Origin: Octopus sinensis
Lineage: Eukaryota
NCBI RefSeq assembly: GCF_006345805.1
Contig: NC_043014.1
Coordinates: 53,940,001 to 54,004,000 of the forward strand
Reading direction: 5' to 3'
Length of the DNA: 64,000 bases
Part shown: one piece after another, positions 27,067 through 55,538 of the stretch
How the letters are laid out: every line of letters starts with the position of its first letter
Position numbering within the stretch: the stretch's first letter is position 1
Notes under the pieces: model-generated
What the model saw: only the letters and a program-made list of their open reading frames with translations
Database searches by the model: none
What the model was told of the DNA's origin: nothing
Translations under genes and position numbers: made by a program

Positions 27067-27145
27067 AAAGAGAAGAGAGAACAGAGAGAGAGAGATGAGA
27101 GGAGAGAGCGAGAAAGAGAGATGAGAGAGAAGAGAGAGAAGAGAG
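26935..27145. repeat. (TA)n followed by an imperfect (GA)n microsatellite just downstream of the CCDC102A stop
   Basis: Directly visible; one of dozens of dinucleotide and trinucleotide microsatellites in the window. Confidence 0.95.
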
Positions 27146-27334
27146 ACATTGATAAAGAGAAGTTGATATTAAATAAAAGCTAAGTCTAGATATCTTTAGA
27201 TCTGTACACAGAAACCGATTTATACAGAGCTTCCAGCACTAAGAAGAAAGCATTAAATTGTCTCCCCTTGCTATGGTGTGACGGTATTTGGAAGGGCGAG
27301 GTAGGGTTGCCGATTGATAAACACAGGGTTGGAG

Positions 27335-44049
<16,715 letters not shown>

Positions 44050-44064
44050 TGGGAAGGTGCCAGC

Positions 44065-44187
44065 TCAGCGACGCCGAAATTGAATGAGAAATGGCAGCGG
44101 TAATGAAAGACGTCTACATGCAATTCTGGCATTCCACAAACGGATTGAAGGAAATGGTTCTTGGTCAAACTGCATCAAATGGCACAT
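44065..44187 (-). other. 40-aa upstream ORF in the CCDC102A 5'UTR, in frame with the main ORF
   Basis: ATG at 44187 to TGA at 44065-44067 (MCHLMQFDQEPFPSIRLWNARIACRRLSLPLPFLIQFRRR*). It lies just inside a strong acceptor (TTTCTTTTGTCTCTTTTAG| ending at 44193). Transcription of this segment is inferred. Confidence 0.5.
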
Positions 44188-44467
44188 GGAATCTAAAAGA
44201 GACAAAAGAAAGAAACAAAACAACTATAGAAATCTTTTGGACAAAAGGGTGTGTGTGTGTGTGTGTGTGTGGTGGGGCAGGTGCCAGAAATGGGTCTGGT
44301 TTTGGTCAAAACAAAATGGCTCTCTAGGACCGAATTTACCCATCACAACAAAACTAGCAGACAACAACAACAACAGCAGCAACAAGAGAATCCAAATGAA
44401 GGAAGAAAAAGACTCTTCTACAATGGGTTAGGGTGGGATATGAAAGGGGTAGTGGTTGTGTGGAATT

Positions 44468-44947
44468 ATATATATATATATATATATATACATACACACA
44501 TACATACACACACATATATACACATATATATAGACATATACATACATATATGCACACACACACATATATACACATATATATAGACATATACATACATATA
44601 TGCACACACACAAACATATATATATATATGCACATATACACACACACACATATATACACAAATATATATACATATATATACATACATATATATACACAAA
44701 CACATATATACACACACACATATATACACAAATATATATACATATATATACATACATATATATACACAAACACATATATACACACACACATATATATACA
44801 TGCAGATATATATATATATATATACATATACACACACGTATATATGCACACACATATTTAGACATATAAGATCCACACATATAGACGTGTATATATATAT
44901 ATATATATATACACACAAGAAAGAATCGTCCATGTTAAAATTATATC

Positions 44948-44984
<37 letters not shown>

Positions 44985-45062
44985 ATAAATATGTATATAT
45001 ACACACATATGCATATATATGTGTGTGTGTGTGTGTATGTATGTGTGTGCGCGCGTGCGTAT

Positions 45063-45146
<84 letters not shown>

Positions 45147-45205
45147 CATACACATGTATACGCACACACACATATATATATATATGCATGTGTGTATGTG
45201 TGAGT
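44468..45205. repeat. Compound (TA)/(CA)/(TG) microsatellite field with higher-order duplications
   Basis: Perfect 50-bp x2 (44511-44610) and 70-bp x2 (44641-44780) units inside about 740 bp of dinucleotide repeats. Confidence 0.97.
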
Positions 45206-45225
45206 GTATACAGCTTCTTGCTTAC

Positions 45226-45370
45226 TGAAGCATTGGTAAGGAATTACCCAAAGCCGAAGCTAATGTAGTCTTGTCATGGAATCAGTTGTTCTCTTCAAGC
45301 GTGAGGAGGGAGCGAGGGAGGCAGGGAGGATGGTTTCGACATCGAACCGACGACGTTGCTGACTCATAAA
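45226..45370 (-). promoter_or_regulatory. Candidate non-coding first exon or promoter of CCDC102A
   Basis: CpG-containing, pyrimidine-rich unique sequence ending in a strong minus-strand donor CA|GTAAGC at 45225. An alternative donor AC|GTAACT near 46115 also exists. No transcript evidence. Confidence 0.3.
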
Positions 45371-45978
45371 CCTCCGACAACAAAAAGAAATCACACACAC
45401 GCGCCAATGAGGCAACTTCTACCTGCTAGAAATAGTAGCTGCATTTTTCTTCTAATTCACACAGCACTCTGATCATAGTTCTGCTCACTCAAACCTTGCC
45501 TAGGGTTAAATAACAATATTACCAACAAGTGAAAATACAAAGATTGTTCCCCATAACTTTGAGGAACAGAATGTCAGTCATCTTCCTAATTAAAAAAATA
45601 TAATAATTAGCGACTTTAATGTTGGACTACAATCTAATAACTGAAAGTAGCAATAGATTAGATTAATTAAACTTTAATTGGTCGATCATAAATTATAAAC
45701 AGAAGGAAGAAAATAAAGACAACAAAGGACTCCCTTGGAGGGTGCTCAACTTGCTAGAAATAGCAGCCAAACTTCCTGCAAATCCCACCACACCATCTGA
45801 ACCCTATAAACCCCCACTCCCTGCCTAAGACCACACTGGTTCTATGGTGTTTGTTTTAAAGGGATCTGAATTTAAATTTTCTATCGACATTTCTTGTTGA
45901 TTTTACATTAAAACTCCAGCATAACAATACTGACAAAGGTCTGTGCGTGCGTGGGAGAGAGGTAGATACATATACACC

Positions 45979-46042
<64 letters not shown>

Positions 46043-46150
46043 TAGCTAATTGCTAAGTCATGCTTTTTTTACACGACAGTAAACAAACACAGACACTTTT
46101 TATTTGGCCGAAAGTTACGTAAGAGACACCAGAGCCGAGAGCTTCAGACA

Positions 46151-46190
46151 TTACACACGCGTAACAAACACGTTTGTTACGTGTGTGTAA
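46151..46190. repeat. Near-perfect 19-bp inverted repeat with a 2-nt spacer
   Basis: TTACACACGCGTAACAAAC-AC-GTTTGTTACGTGTGTGTAA, 18/19 complementary. Confidence 0.9.
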
Positions 46191-46771
46191 ATGTTGTAGT
46201 TTGATTGGAAACTACCTGCCTCCACCCCTATTTCGCCCACCCCGTATAACCCTTCTTCTTTTAACTGAATTCTTTCTCCCTCTATCTATTTATAGATTTC
46301 CCAGGATTTCGGTTGTCAGCCACCAACAACATCAGTCTTTATATTTCTTCTTGCTTATTCAAATTAAAATTTCTGCCTCTATATTTAGAAAACCGTCACC
46401 ACTGTCGACAATTTCACCTGATTTTTAACTAACAAGAAGCTTGCTTCCCAACCACATGGTTCCAGGTTCAGTCCCACTGCATGGCACCTTGGGCAAGTGC
46501 CTGCTACTATAGCTACGGGACGACCAAAGCCTTGTCAGTGGACTCGGTAGACGGAAACTGAAAGAAGCCAGTCGTATGGGGGGGGGGGGGCTGTGTCCCC
46601 TCCACTACCATTTGACAACAGCTGTTGGTGTGTTTATGTCCCTGTAACACAATGGTATAGCAAAAGTGACCAACAGAATAAGAGCCAGGCTTTAAAAAGT
46701 AAGTCCAGGGGTTGATTCATTCAGCTAAAAACGCTGAGAGTGGTCCCTGGTTCATAAAGAGCTTTCCATAA

Positions 46772-46802
<31 letters not shown>

Positions 46803-47153
46803 TATACACCAATGAAAAGAAGACAAAGAAAATTCCTTAACCACACCTTTAATTACAAGTTACCTATGTTTCCGTACCAACCCCATTTGCAACAGACCAT
46901 CTCCATTGGTACAGAAACATTTGTAACTTGTAATTAAAGATACGTTAAAGAATTTTCTTTGTCTTCTTCTTTTCATTGGATTATTTACTCTTTGCCAAAC
47001 CTCTATGACGGAACAAACGTCGTGACACTTGGATTTTCTACACCAGAAGTATTCCGGCCCCTTGGCTTGGATTCCAACAGTGTCGATAGACCAGGATTCA
47101 TGTTGAATGCTTCTCTGGGAACACCCCAACTTCACACCCAACTGACCTTAGTA

Positions 47154-47208
<55 letters not shown>

Positions 47209-47401
47209 TGTGTGGTTAGGGAGCTTGCTTCCTAGCTACATGGTTTCGGGTTCAGTCCCACTGCGTGGCACTTTGGGTAGGTGTCTTCCACTATAGCCCT
47301 GAGCCGACCGGAGCTTTGTGATTGAATTCGGTAGGTGGAAGTTACTGCCGTGTGTGTATGTGTGCGTATAGCTGCTCAGTGCCTCTCCGAGAGAGAGAGA
47401 G

Positions 47402-47446
<45 letters not shown>

Positions 47447-48432
47447 TACAACTATCATTATCATTGTTTAACATCCAATTTCACATGCTTTTCTATATAT
47501 AAGGGCAGGTGTGACTGTGATATAAAGTCTTGCTTCCCAACCACATGGTTCTAAGTTCAATCCTAATGCATAGCACCTTGGGCAAGTGTCTTCCACTATA
47601 ATCAAAGTCCAACCAAAGTCTTGTGGATTGAAAGAAACCCATCATATATATATATATGTAATTTACATAAATGTGTGTGTGTGTGTGTGTTACTGTTTCC
47701 TTGCCTTCACGTCATGGGATGATAGTTGAGAACAAGCTGTCAATGCCATGCAGGCAGTGTCCTTTATTCCCAATCTTCCATGAAAACATGTCTGGCCATG
47801 GCGAAATATTACCTTATTTGGATATATGTGAGGGTTAGCAACAGGAAGGGCTTCCAGTCATAAAAACAAACCTCTACAACAAATTCCATCTGACCAATGC
47901 AAACAAGGAAACTGGCTGTTAAATTGATGATGATGATGATGACATTGATGATGATATATATATATAAATCATCATCATCATCATCATCATTTCACATCTG
48001 CTTTCCATGCTAGCATGGATTGGGCAGCTTTAGAGGAGCCGGCCAGCCTGGAAGCTGTCCAGACACCGAATGTCTGTTTTGGCTTGGTTTCTACAGCCTT
48101 TGCATTTTGCCCTTCCTAAGGCCATCTTCTTTACAGAGTGTGAGGGGTGCCTTTAATGTGCCACCAGCACAGGTGTGTTTCCATGGCACTGGTACAAGTG
48201 CATTTTACATGGCATCTGTAACGAACAAACCTGCAGGTATGAATGCAAACAATTTTAATTAGCTTGATGCATCGTCTCAAGTCCAGCAAATCACAACACA
48301 GGGTCCCTGGTCATTTCCTCAGCAAGGTCCAGCATCTGAAGATCCTTTACCCCCCCACTTCGTCTCACATCTTTCAGGATCTACTCCTTCCACATGTTCC
48401 CTCCACAATTAGAGATTTATATATATATATAT

Positions 48433-48823
48433 AGGCGCAGGAGTGGCTGTGTGGTAAAGTAGCTTGTTTACCAACCACATGGTTCTGGGTTCAGTCCCAC
48501 TGCGTGGCACCTTGGGCAAGTGTCTTCTACTATAGCCTCGGGCCGACCAAAGCCTTGTGAGTGGATTTGGTAGACGGAAACTGAAAGAAGCCCATCGTGT
48601 ATATATGTACGTGTGTATGTGTTTGTCCCCCGCCCCCAACATCGCTTGACAACCGACTCTGGTGTGTTTACGTCCCCGTAACTTAACGGTTCGGCAAAAG
48701 AGACCGATAGAATAAGTACTAGGCTTACAAAGAATAAGTCCTGGGGGTCGATTTGCTCTCGACTAAAGGCGGTGCTCCAGCATGGCCGCAGTCAAATGAC
48801 TGAAACAAGTAAAAGAGTAAAAG
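48433..48823 (+). mobile_element. tRNA-derived SINE family A (CORE-like), near full length
   Basis: A-box-like TGGCTGTGTGG, B-box-like GGTTCAGTCCC, CORE-like CCTTGGGCAAGTG, internal TA/GT microsatellite, tail (GTAAAAGA)n. Confidence 0.9.
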
Positions 48824-49161
48824 ATATATATCCTGCTCAGCTCTTGTGAAACTGTCCCACCCATGCTAGCATGGAAGGCAGAGGTTAAACCAAGATGATA
48901 ATTATATATATATTTATATACACATACATATATATATACACACACACATATAAACAGATTGTCTGAAATGGTGTACAAGTTTTATATATTAAGAAAGAGA
49001 AAGCACTCAGGCACCGGATAAAAACTATTTATTTGGTACACACGTGTGAAATTTGACTGGTGACCACCGCTGATGTCATCTTGCAGTTGTTCTTTTGGTG
49101 TAAGAGGCAGACTGCAAGTGCTATTACAAATCCTGACTACCTTCATTTTCTTAATGTATAT

Positions 49162-49208
<47 letters not shown>

Positions 49209-49640
49209 AGTGTGTGTGTTTGTTGGTAGTAAAAACAGGATAAAGAGAATGCAGAGCACTTACATTTTTAATTAGCAGAAATTACAAAATGACTCAAAGA
49301 CACTCATCAAACGTTTGGAAAGTGCCAAGCATAAAACTCTCTTAATAACAATAAAATTCCTTTAGTAAATTTTTTTGTTATTTTCAAGAAGAATTACAAG
49401 TAAAGACTGAATATTTTGACAGAAATATTTCTAAGAAAAGAATGAAGTCTAAGTCAGCCCTGATCAAGTTCATCTAAGATCAAAAATGCTCCAATCATGA
49501 CCATCTCTCTTATTTTCACACATAAGAATTCTATGGCTGTATATATTCCAATACAGAGTTCCATTTTTTAAAAACCGTTTTGATGCCAACCCACCTGAGA
49601 CCACCCCAACTGGTTCTGTGATACAAACTTCCTATTTTAA

Positions 49641-50004
49641 CCCTTTTGATACCAATCTGGCTGAAAATAAAGAACTAGTTCTGTAATATAAACCTGGTTC
49701 TGTAATATAAATGTCTTGTTTTCAAAAGTTCTGCATTAAAATCCTCCACCAAACCCTAGCCACAATTTATGTTCCTAACACTAGCTTAATGGTAACTAAG
49801 TTATTTTACTAAGTTCTTTACTCTCTTTCTCTTTTTACTTGTTTCAGTCATTTGACTGCGGCCATGCTGGAGCACTGCCTTTAATCAAGCATGTGGTTGG
49901 TTAGCAAGCTACTTAACACACAGCCACTCCTGCGCCTATATTATATTTAAAATTAATTGAAAGAAACATAGACCACCTCAACACAAAATACAGTAAAAAA
50001 AGGG
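49641..50004. mobile_element. piggyBac-type MITE (same family) with a nested, internally deleted SINE at about 49820-49940
   Basis: TTAA on both sides (49637-49640 and 50005-50008); CCCTTTTG...AAAAGGG termini; body homologous to 32627-32848. Confidence 0.85.
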
Positions 50005-50120
50005 TTAAAATGATTTAAATATAAACATTTTTCCATCCAAATTTCCTGTTAATTTATGTTCCAAGGACCAACTTAATTATTCATTATTTTCAAAATTAAT
50101 CGAAAAGAAAAAAATAGTAT

Positions 50121-50528
50121 AGGCGCAGGAGTGGCTGTGTGGTAAGTAGCTTGCTTACCAACCACATGGTTCCGGGTTCAGTCCCACTGCGTGGCATCTT
50201 GGGCAAGTGTCTTCTGCTATAGCCTCGGGCCAACCATTGCCTTGTGAGTGGATTTGGTAGACGGAAACTGAAAGAAGCCTGTCGTATATATGTATATATA
50301 TATGTATTTGTGTGTATGTTTGTGTGTCTGTGTTTGTCCCCCTAGCATTGCTTGACAACCAATGCTGGTGTGTTTATGTCCCCGTCACTTAGCGGTTCGG
50401 CAAAAGAGACCGATAGAATAAGTACTGGGCTTACAAAGAATAAGTCCCGGGGTCGATTTGCTCGACTAAAGGCGGTGCTCCAGCATGGCCGTAGTCAAGT
50501 GACTGAAACAAATAAAAGAGTAAAAGAG
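50121..50528 (+). mobile_element. SINE family A, full length
   Basis: Near-identical to the copies at 48433, 54405 and 55539. Confidence 0.92.
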
Positions 50529-50986
50529 TATATTTCAGTAAAAATATGTTAACAAAGGAATTAAAAATGCTGAAGGTTCGGCTGTTCACAGACAAAATGA
50601 AATTCTTGCCAACTATCTGAACTTAATATTTATAAGCTGAAAGTTCAATACTTTCATATTCTTTCAGTTATTCTATTGTCAGAGATCAATACTCAATCAG
50701 AGGTTGTTTACCTTTAGCAAACAGCATCCACCCAAGGAAATATATTGATTCACTTTGAGTAAGTACAAGACCAGTTCTTCTGATGACCACCTCATATTAC
50801 TCAGGGACATCATCAGCATGAAAACCAGTAGTTAAGTTAGTTTTAGCATATCTAATGCAGGGAATATTAAAAAGTTAGCTGGAAACAATTATACACTGGA
50901 GAAAAAAGAACAATATTAGTCATTGGATAATGTTATATCAAAGTCTTTTCAAACCCCTATATTGGTAAGGACAGTGAAGTTCATTC

Positions 50987-51027
50987 TTCACTGATTGAGG
51001 TCAGAATAATACCGAAACATGTCTGAA
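50987..51027 (+). ncRNA. Minimal type I hammerhead-ribozyme-like motif (Penelope type, variant core)
   Basis: TTCA-CTGATTGA-GGT(cagaataat)ACC-GAAAC-AT-GTC-TGAA: stem I TTCA/TGAA, stem II GGT/ACC, palindromic stem III ACATGT, GUC cleavage triplet. The core has one extra U relative to CUGANGA. Confidence 0.55.
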
Positions 51028-51554
51028 TTATCTTTTGTATTTACCAAAATAATAACAACATTAATCAATGACTAATCTGGTTTCTTTACTCATCCCATAA
51101 TTATTTTTAATTAGCTTTTTTAATGTTCCCTGCACTAATTTAACTCTTGGTTTTCATGTTCGTGGCAGCTCACCATCATTTATTCATCTTCATCGTTGTT
51201 CATCATTATCATTTTGCATCCACTTTCCCATGTTCTTGAGCATAGCTAAGGTCCACTTTGCCTTTCATTCTTCTGGGGTTGATGACATGAAGTACCAGTC
51301 ATAATCTAGTGTCAATCATAAACATCATTTAATATCCATCTTCCTTGCTTGCATGGGTTGGACAGTTTGATAGAAGCAGGCAAGGCCAGAAGTTACACTA
51401 TGCTCCAATGTCTACTTTGGCATGGTTTCTATGGCTGGATGCCCTTCCTCATGCCAACCATTTGGCAGAGTGTACCAGATGCTGTTTATGAGATTGCCAG
51501 CACCAGTGATTTTTCTAATCTTCTACCATCAAAATTACTGACCTCATACCTTAA

Positions 51555-52122
51555 CCCTTTGAATCTCAGATACCCACTGTCCTCGGCACCCTCACCCCAG
51601 GTTCCTTGGGTAAAAGAGTCAAAAAGATGATTCCCACCCAACACGAACATGTCCCCTATTCTGACAACCGACAGGCACTGCACCGTGCACATTTGCCGAT
51701 GGCTCTACATTTTGTACAGCAGCCGTCGAGATCATCACTGTCCCTTTCAGGGTCTAAACTGCTGTCAGATTCACTCTCAGAATCAGCATCAGTGCCATAA
51801 TCATCACTGTCGATGTCCTCTTCATCAGGTGACAGCACTTGGTTGAAGACATCACTCACAGACAGGGTTTTTCTGACTCATTTTCACGAAAAACTAGCAG
51901 GAGCAGCTTCAATCATCCGGAAGCACTTCCTGTGGCAGGGCATATGAAGGCCGACAATCAGATGCAACAACATTGCTCATTGGCTGAGGAGTTGCTAAGC
52001 GATATGTTTGTAAACAGTACAACATGGCAGCCGGTCAAACTGCTGCTGCTGCTGCTGGAGTATTTGCATCTGTGGCTGGTGGCCAGAATAGTGACCGCTG
52101 GGGTTCTGAGGCTCAATTATTG
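51555..52122 (-). mobile_element. Possible piggyBac deletion derivative retaining an acidic transposase N-terminus
   Basis: TTAA|CCCTTTG at 51551-51561 and a degenerate inverted counterpart ending GTTAA at 52122-52126. Minus-strand ORF LSVSDVFNQVLSPDEEDIDSDDYGTDADSESESD resembles the acidic N-termini of piggyBac transposases. No catalytic domain is present. Confidence 0.45.
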
Positions 52123-52814
52123 TTAAAAGCAGTGGATTGACAGAATTGTTCGAACATTAAAAAAAAAAAATACGTTTACAGGATTTCTTCTGACTTTTTA
52201 TGTTCTGCAGCCAAGACCCTGAGATCATCTTTGATCTTCCATCCCCCCCCCCGCCCCAGGGCTGATAAAATAAAGAACTAGTTAAGCACTGGAGCTGATG
52301 GCACCAACTAATCTACTCCCTTCAGAACTGATGGTCTTGTGACTCAACTGGGAACTCCTCAGCCCAGTGGCTCTGACAAAAGGGGTTGTGGGGTGGACGA
52401 GGCCGCTTCAATCAAGCTCTCATTGACTTTAAGTTCCACTTGGAAAGGGAGGTGCTCCTCCCCAACCCCCAAGTATTTCTGTGAAAAAATGGTTAGGGTG
52501 AATGGACCCACTCTAGACATGTGCCTGTAGATTGAAAAACATTTGAATGAGAGCTTGTAACCTTCATGGTCAAGGTGATCCTGGATCTGTGAGGTTCTTT
52601 GATTGGCCCAAGTCAGAGGTTCCCCTGTATAAAGAAGACTACATCATCCATGTGTTTAAACACTTTTGTATACTATGAATACTTTTTATCTCAATTCCCC
52701 CCTCCTCTCCTTTTCTTCTCCTGATCTTTTTCATAAATTGCAAACTGTCCGTGTAATGTCCCCTTATCCCTCATCTGATGTCCCTGTCACAAATAAAATA
52801 AATTATTGTCACCA

Positions 52815-53560
52815 ACCATTAAACTCCATTCGCCGTACTGAATGTAAGCTGTGGACATATAAGAAACATGGTGGATTCATTGGCAGGCTCTCCAAGAATA
52901 TAAGCTTCATATGCAGCAGATGCAAACTGGAGCATCTAGAAAATGGACAGACCGGTCTTCAGTGTCCAGATGGCTCACTAGAAGCAGATGAGACAGCTTT
53001 TGTTAGCCAAGACATGTAAGAGGCAAGGGAGGTGGTTGCTCTGAGAGTCTAGCAGCAAGAGTAAGAACTGGTTGGAGAAGTTGAGGATGCTACAACTGCT
53101 GCTGGCAACAAAGAAGGCCTTTCCCCACAGAGTGTATGATGCTTGTGTTAGAACTGCAATGCTGCTGCATGGTGGTGAGACATGGGCTTTGAACAGATAG
53201 GACTTGAGAAGAACTGGAAGGAAACGAAGCAGGCATGCTCCATTGGATGTGCAATGTAAGTGTGCATGAAAGAATGAGTAGGAAAGGTGCTGAGGGGGAA
53301 AAAATTGGCATTGGGGAAATCAGTTTTTGTGAGCAAGACAGAGGACGGCACTGGTATGGAGACATGATGTGTATGGAGGGGGAGAGCAGCTGTATAAAGA
53401 AGAACTATCACTAAACATGGCTGGAGCTTGTGGACGAGGAAGACCAAAGAAAACACGAGATGACTTCAGGACTCTGATCCTGGGGGAAGAGATGAGAAAG
53501 GACCAGGGTCTCTGGCTCTATGAAGTTCTTGAAAAGACCTGCCCCTGACAATGAAACCAA
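52815..53560 (+). mobile_element. Degenerate RTE-clade LINE ORF2 C-terminal fragment
   Basis: Frameshifted peptides NSIRRTECKLWTYKK...FICSRC, SESLAARVRTGWR, VYDACVRTAMLLHGGETWAL, NEAGMLHWMCNVSVHERMS and CGRGRPKKT. Confidence 0.9.
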
Positions 53561-53838
53561 GTCCTGGAAGTGTTACTGTGACTACGCCATCCCACCCCCC
53601 ACCCACCCATACATTAGGTCAGCCTCATCTCTCTGACTCTCACCAGTTCCTGCGACTCCCAATTATGGCATTCCAAGACCAGCTCTGACTGAGCCAGCCT
53701 GTAAGTAAAAGTAATTCCAAACATGACCATCACTTGTTTTTCTTTGGCACTCAACATCTCATTAGAATTTAACCAAAAATCAGCTATGACCAAAAGCTTT
53801 CCAAACATGGCCATCCTGTCCATTTTCCAGGCTAATGC

Positions 53839-54312
53839 TACGAGAGGGAACCCAAAAGAAACCAGAATTTTGCAACATAATTCTATTCCCTTAGTTTTGC
53901 ATGTTTACACCATCATCCCTTTCAAAGGATTCCCCATCTGACGCAATACACTGGTCCAAATGCATTTCCCACTCTGGCGAAATGATGCCTTTTAATGCCT
54001 CCATCATTCTTTCCTTCACCTTTTCCACTTTTGCAAATTACATAACATCACCTTTTATCACAAGTGATGACCTTAATAAAAAAAGGGTCAGCATCAACTT
54101 CCAACCGTTCTTTCAGATCTAACAACATGCATTCAGTTAGGACCAAGCAAGACACAGATTTTGCTGAAACTCTTTCCATTTGCAATTCCTCACTCAAAAT
54201 TCGTTGCCAGGAGTTTCAGGACTCACCACTCATATCAACAAGTTTGTCAATTGTCCTCCAAGATCAGTTCATGAATTTTTGTGATATTTTCATTCTCTCG
54301 GGAGGTTGACAG
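53839..54312 (-). mobile_element. Mariner (Tc1/mariner) transposon remnant, 5'-truncated and internally deleted
   Basis: Minus-strand peptides STSRENENITKIHELILED, RILSEELQMERVSAK, KVITCDK (GDE-motif region) and HLDQCIASDGESFE. Terminus TA|CGAGAGGGAACCCAAAAGAAACCAGAAT at 53839. Confidence 0.85.
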
Positions 54313-54404
54313 TTCTATCTATTTATCTACCTATCTATACATACATACATACATACATACATACATACATACATACATACATGCATGCATATATGTATGT
54401 ATGT

Positions 54405-54810
54405 AGGCGCAGGAGTGGCTGTGTGGTAAGTAGCTTGCTAACCAACCACATGGTTCCGGGTTCAGTCCCACTGCATGGCATCTTGGGCAAGTGTCTTCTG
54501 CTATAGCCCCGGGCTGACCAATGCCTTGTGAGTGGATTTGGTAGACGGAAACTGAAAGAAGCCCGTCGTATATATGTATATATATGTATGTATGCATTTG
54601 TATGTCTCTGTTTGTCTCCCTAACATTGCTTGACAGCCGATGCTGGTGTGTTTATGTCCTCGTCATTTAGCGGTTCGGCAAGAGAGACCGATAGAATAAG
54701 TACTGGGCTTACAAAGAATAAGTCCCGGGGTCGATATGCTCGACTAAAGGTGGTGCTCCAGCATAGCCACAGTCAAATGACTGAAACAAGTAAAAGAGTA
54801 AAAAAGAGAG
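54405..54810 (+). mobile_element. SINE family A, full length
   Basis: Same head, body and tail as the other family A copies. Confidence 0.92.
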
Positions 54811-55538
54811 TATGTATATATATGTATCAAGTGACACATATTTGAATGAAAAAAAACAGGACATATTAGCTATGTATATTGAAATCAACCCTACTTCCAG
54901 AGAGGGTAAACCAATTGTTTGGTGGTAACAGGTACCAAATCAAGAAACTAGTGTGTATGTATGTGTGCACACACACAGAGTAAATAGTTGGTGTTAGGAA
55001 GGACATCCAGTTGTAGAAAACAGACAATTGGAACCCAATGTAGCCCTTGGCCTTGCTAGCTCCGGTTAACCTATCCAGCATGGAAAACAGACATTAAACG
55101 ATGATGATGATATTTATGAATATGTATGTATGTGTATATATATATTCATCAGCTATCACTTACATGGGTCAGATGAAATTTACTGAGGTAGATTTTCTAA
55201 AGCAGGATGCCCTTCCTGTTGCCAACACTCACCTGTTGGAAAGGTGATACTTTCCCATACCTAGACAGGTTTTACATCATACTTGTATGATGGTGACACT
55301 TGTTTACAACCATCACATGATACGTCTGTTTAGTACAGTGAGAACATCACAGCTGAAACCTCCTTGGTCAAAGTTCTGCTGGTTTAGGGACCTGCCCTTG
55401 GGCTAAACAACAACAGAACCAGAGATTTGAAACCAATTTCACTAAAGCTTGGCACACCAGCAGCTTTACTTTTTACACTACAATGCTCAGCAGAAACCAA
55501 AACAAGGGGAGGGCCTTTGTGATAATAGTTTCTAACAT

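Noticed and set aside
44354-45268. Cluster of 60-200-aa ORFs (YI/CV/HT-rich)
   Set aside because: Stop-free translations of dinucleotide microsatellites. The same applies to similar ORFs at 5456-6063, 26873, 40100 and 56423-57711.
48433-48510. tRNA-like A/B boxes at SINE heads (also at 50121, 54405, 55539, 15780 and 42205)
   Set aside because: They continue into SINE bodies and do not form a complete cloverleaf; not tRNA genes.
50781-50822. CTGATGA...TCATCAG hairpin
   Set aside because: CTGATGA is paired within the hairpin and is not followed by stem II plus GAAA; not a ribozyme.
51656-51859. Cys-rich 'zinc-binding' mini-protein ORF
   Set aside because: No splice context or conserved domain; better explained as a transposon N-terminal remnant (reported at low confidence).
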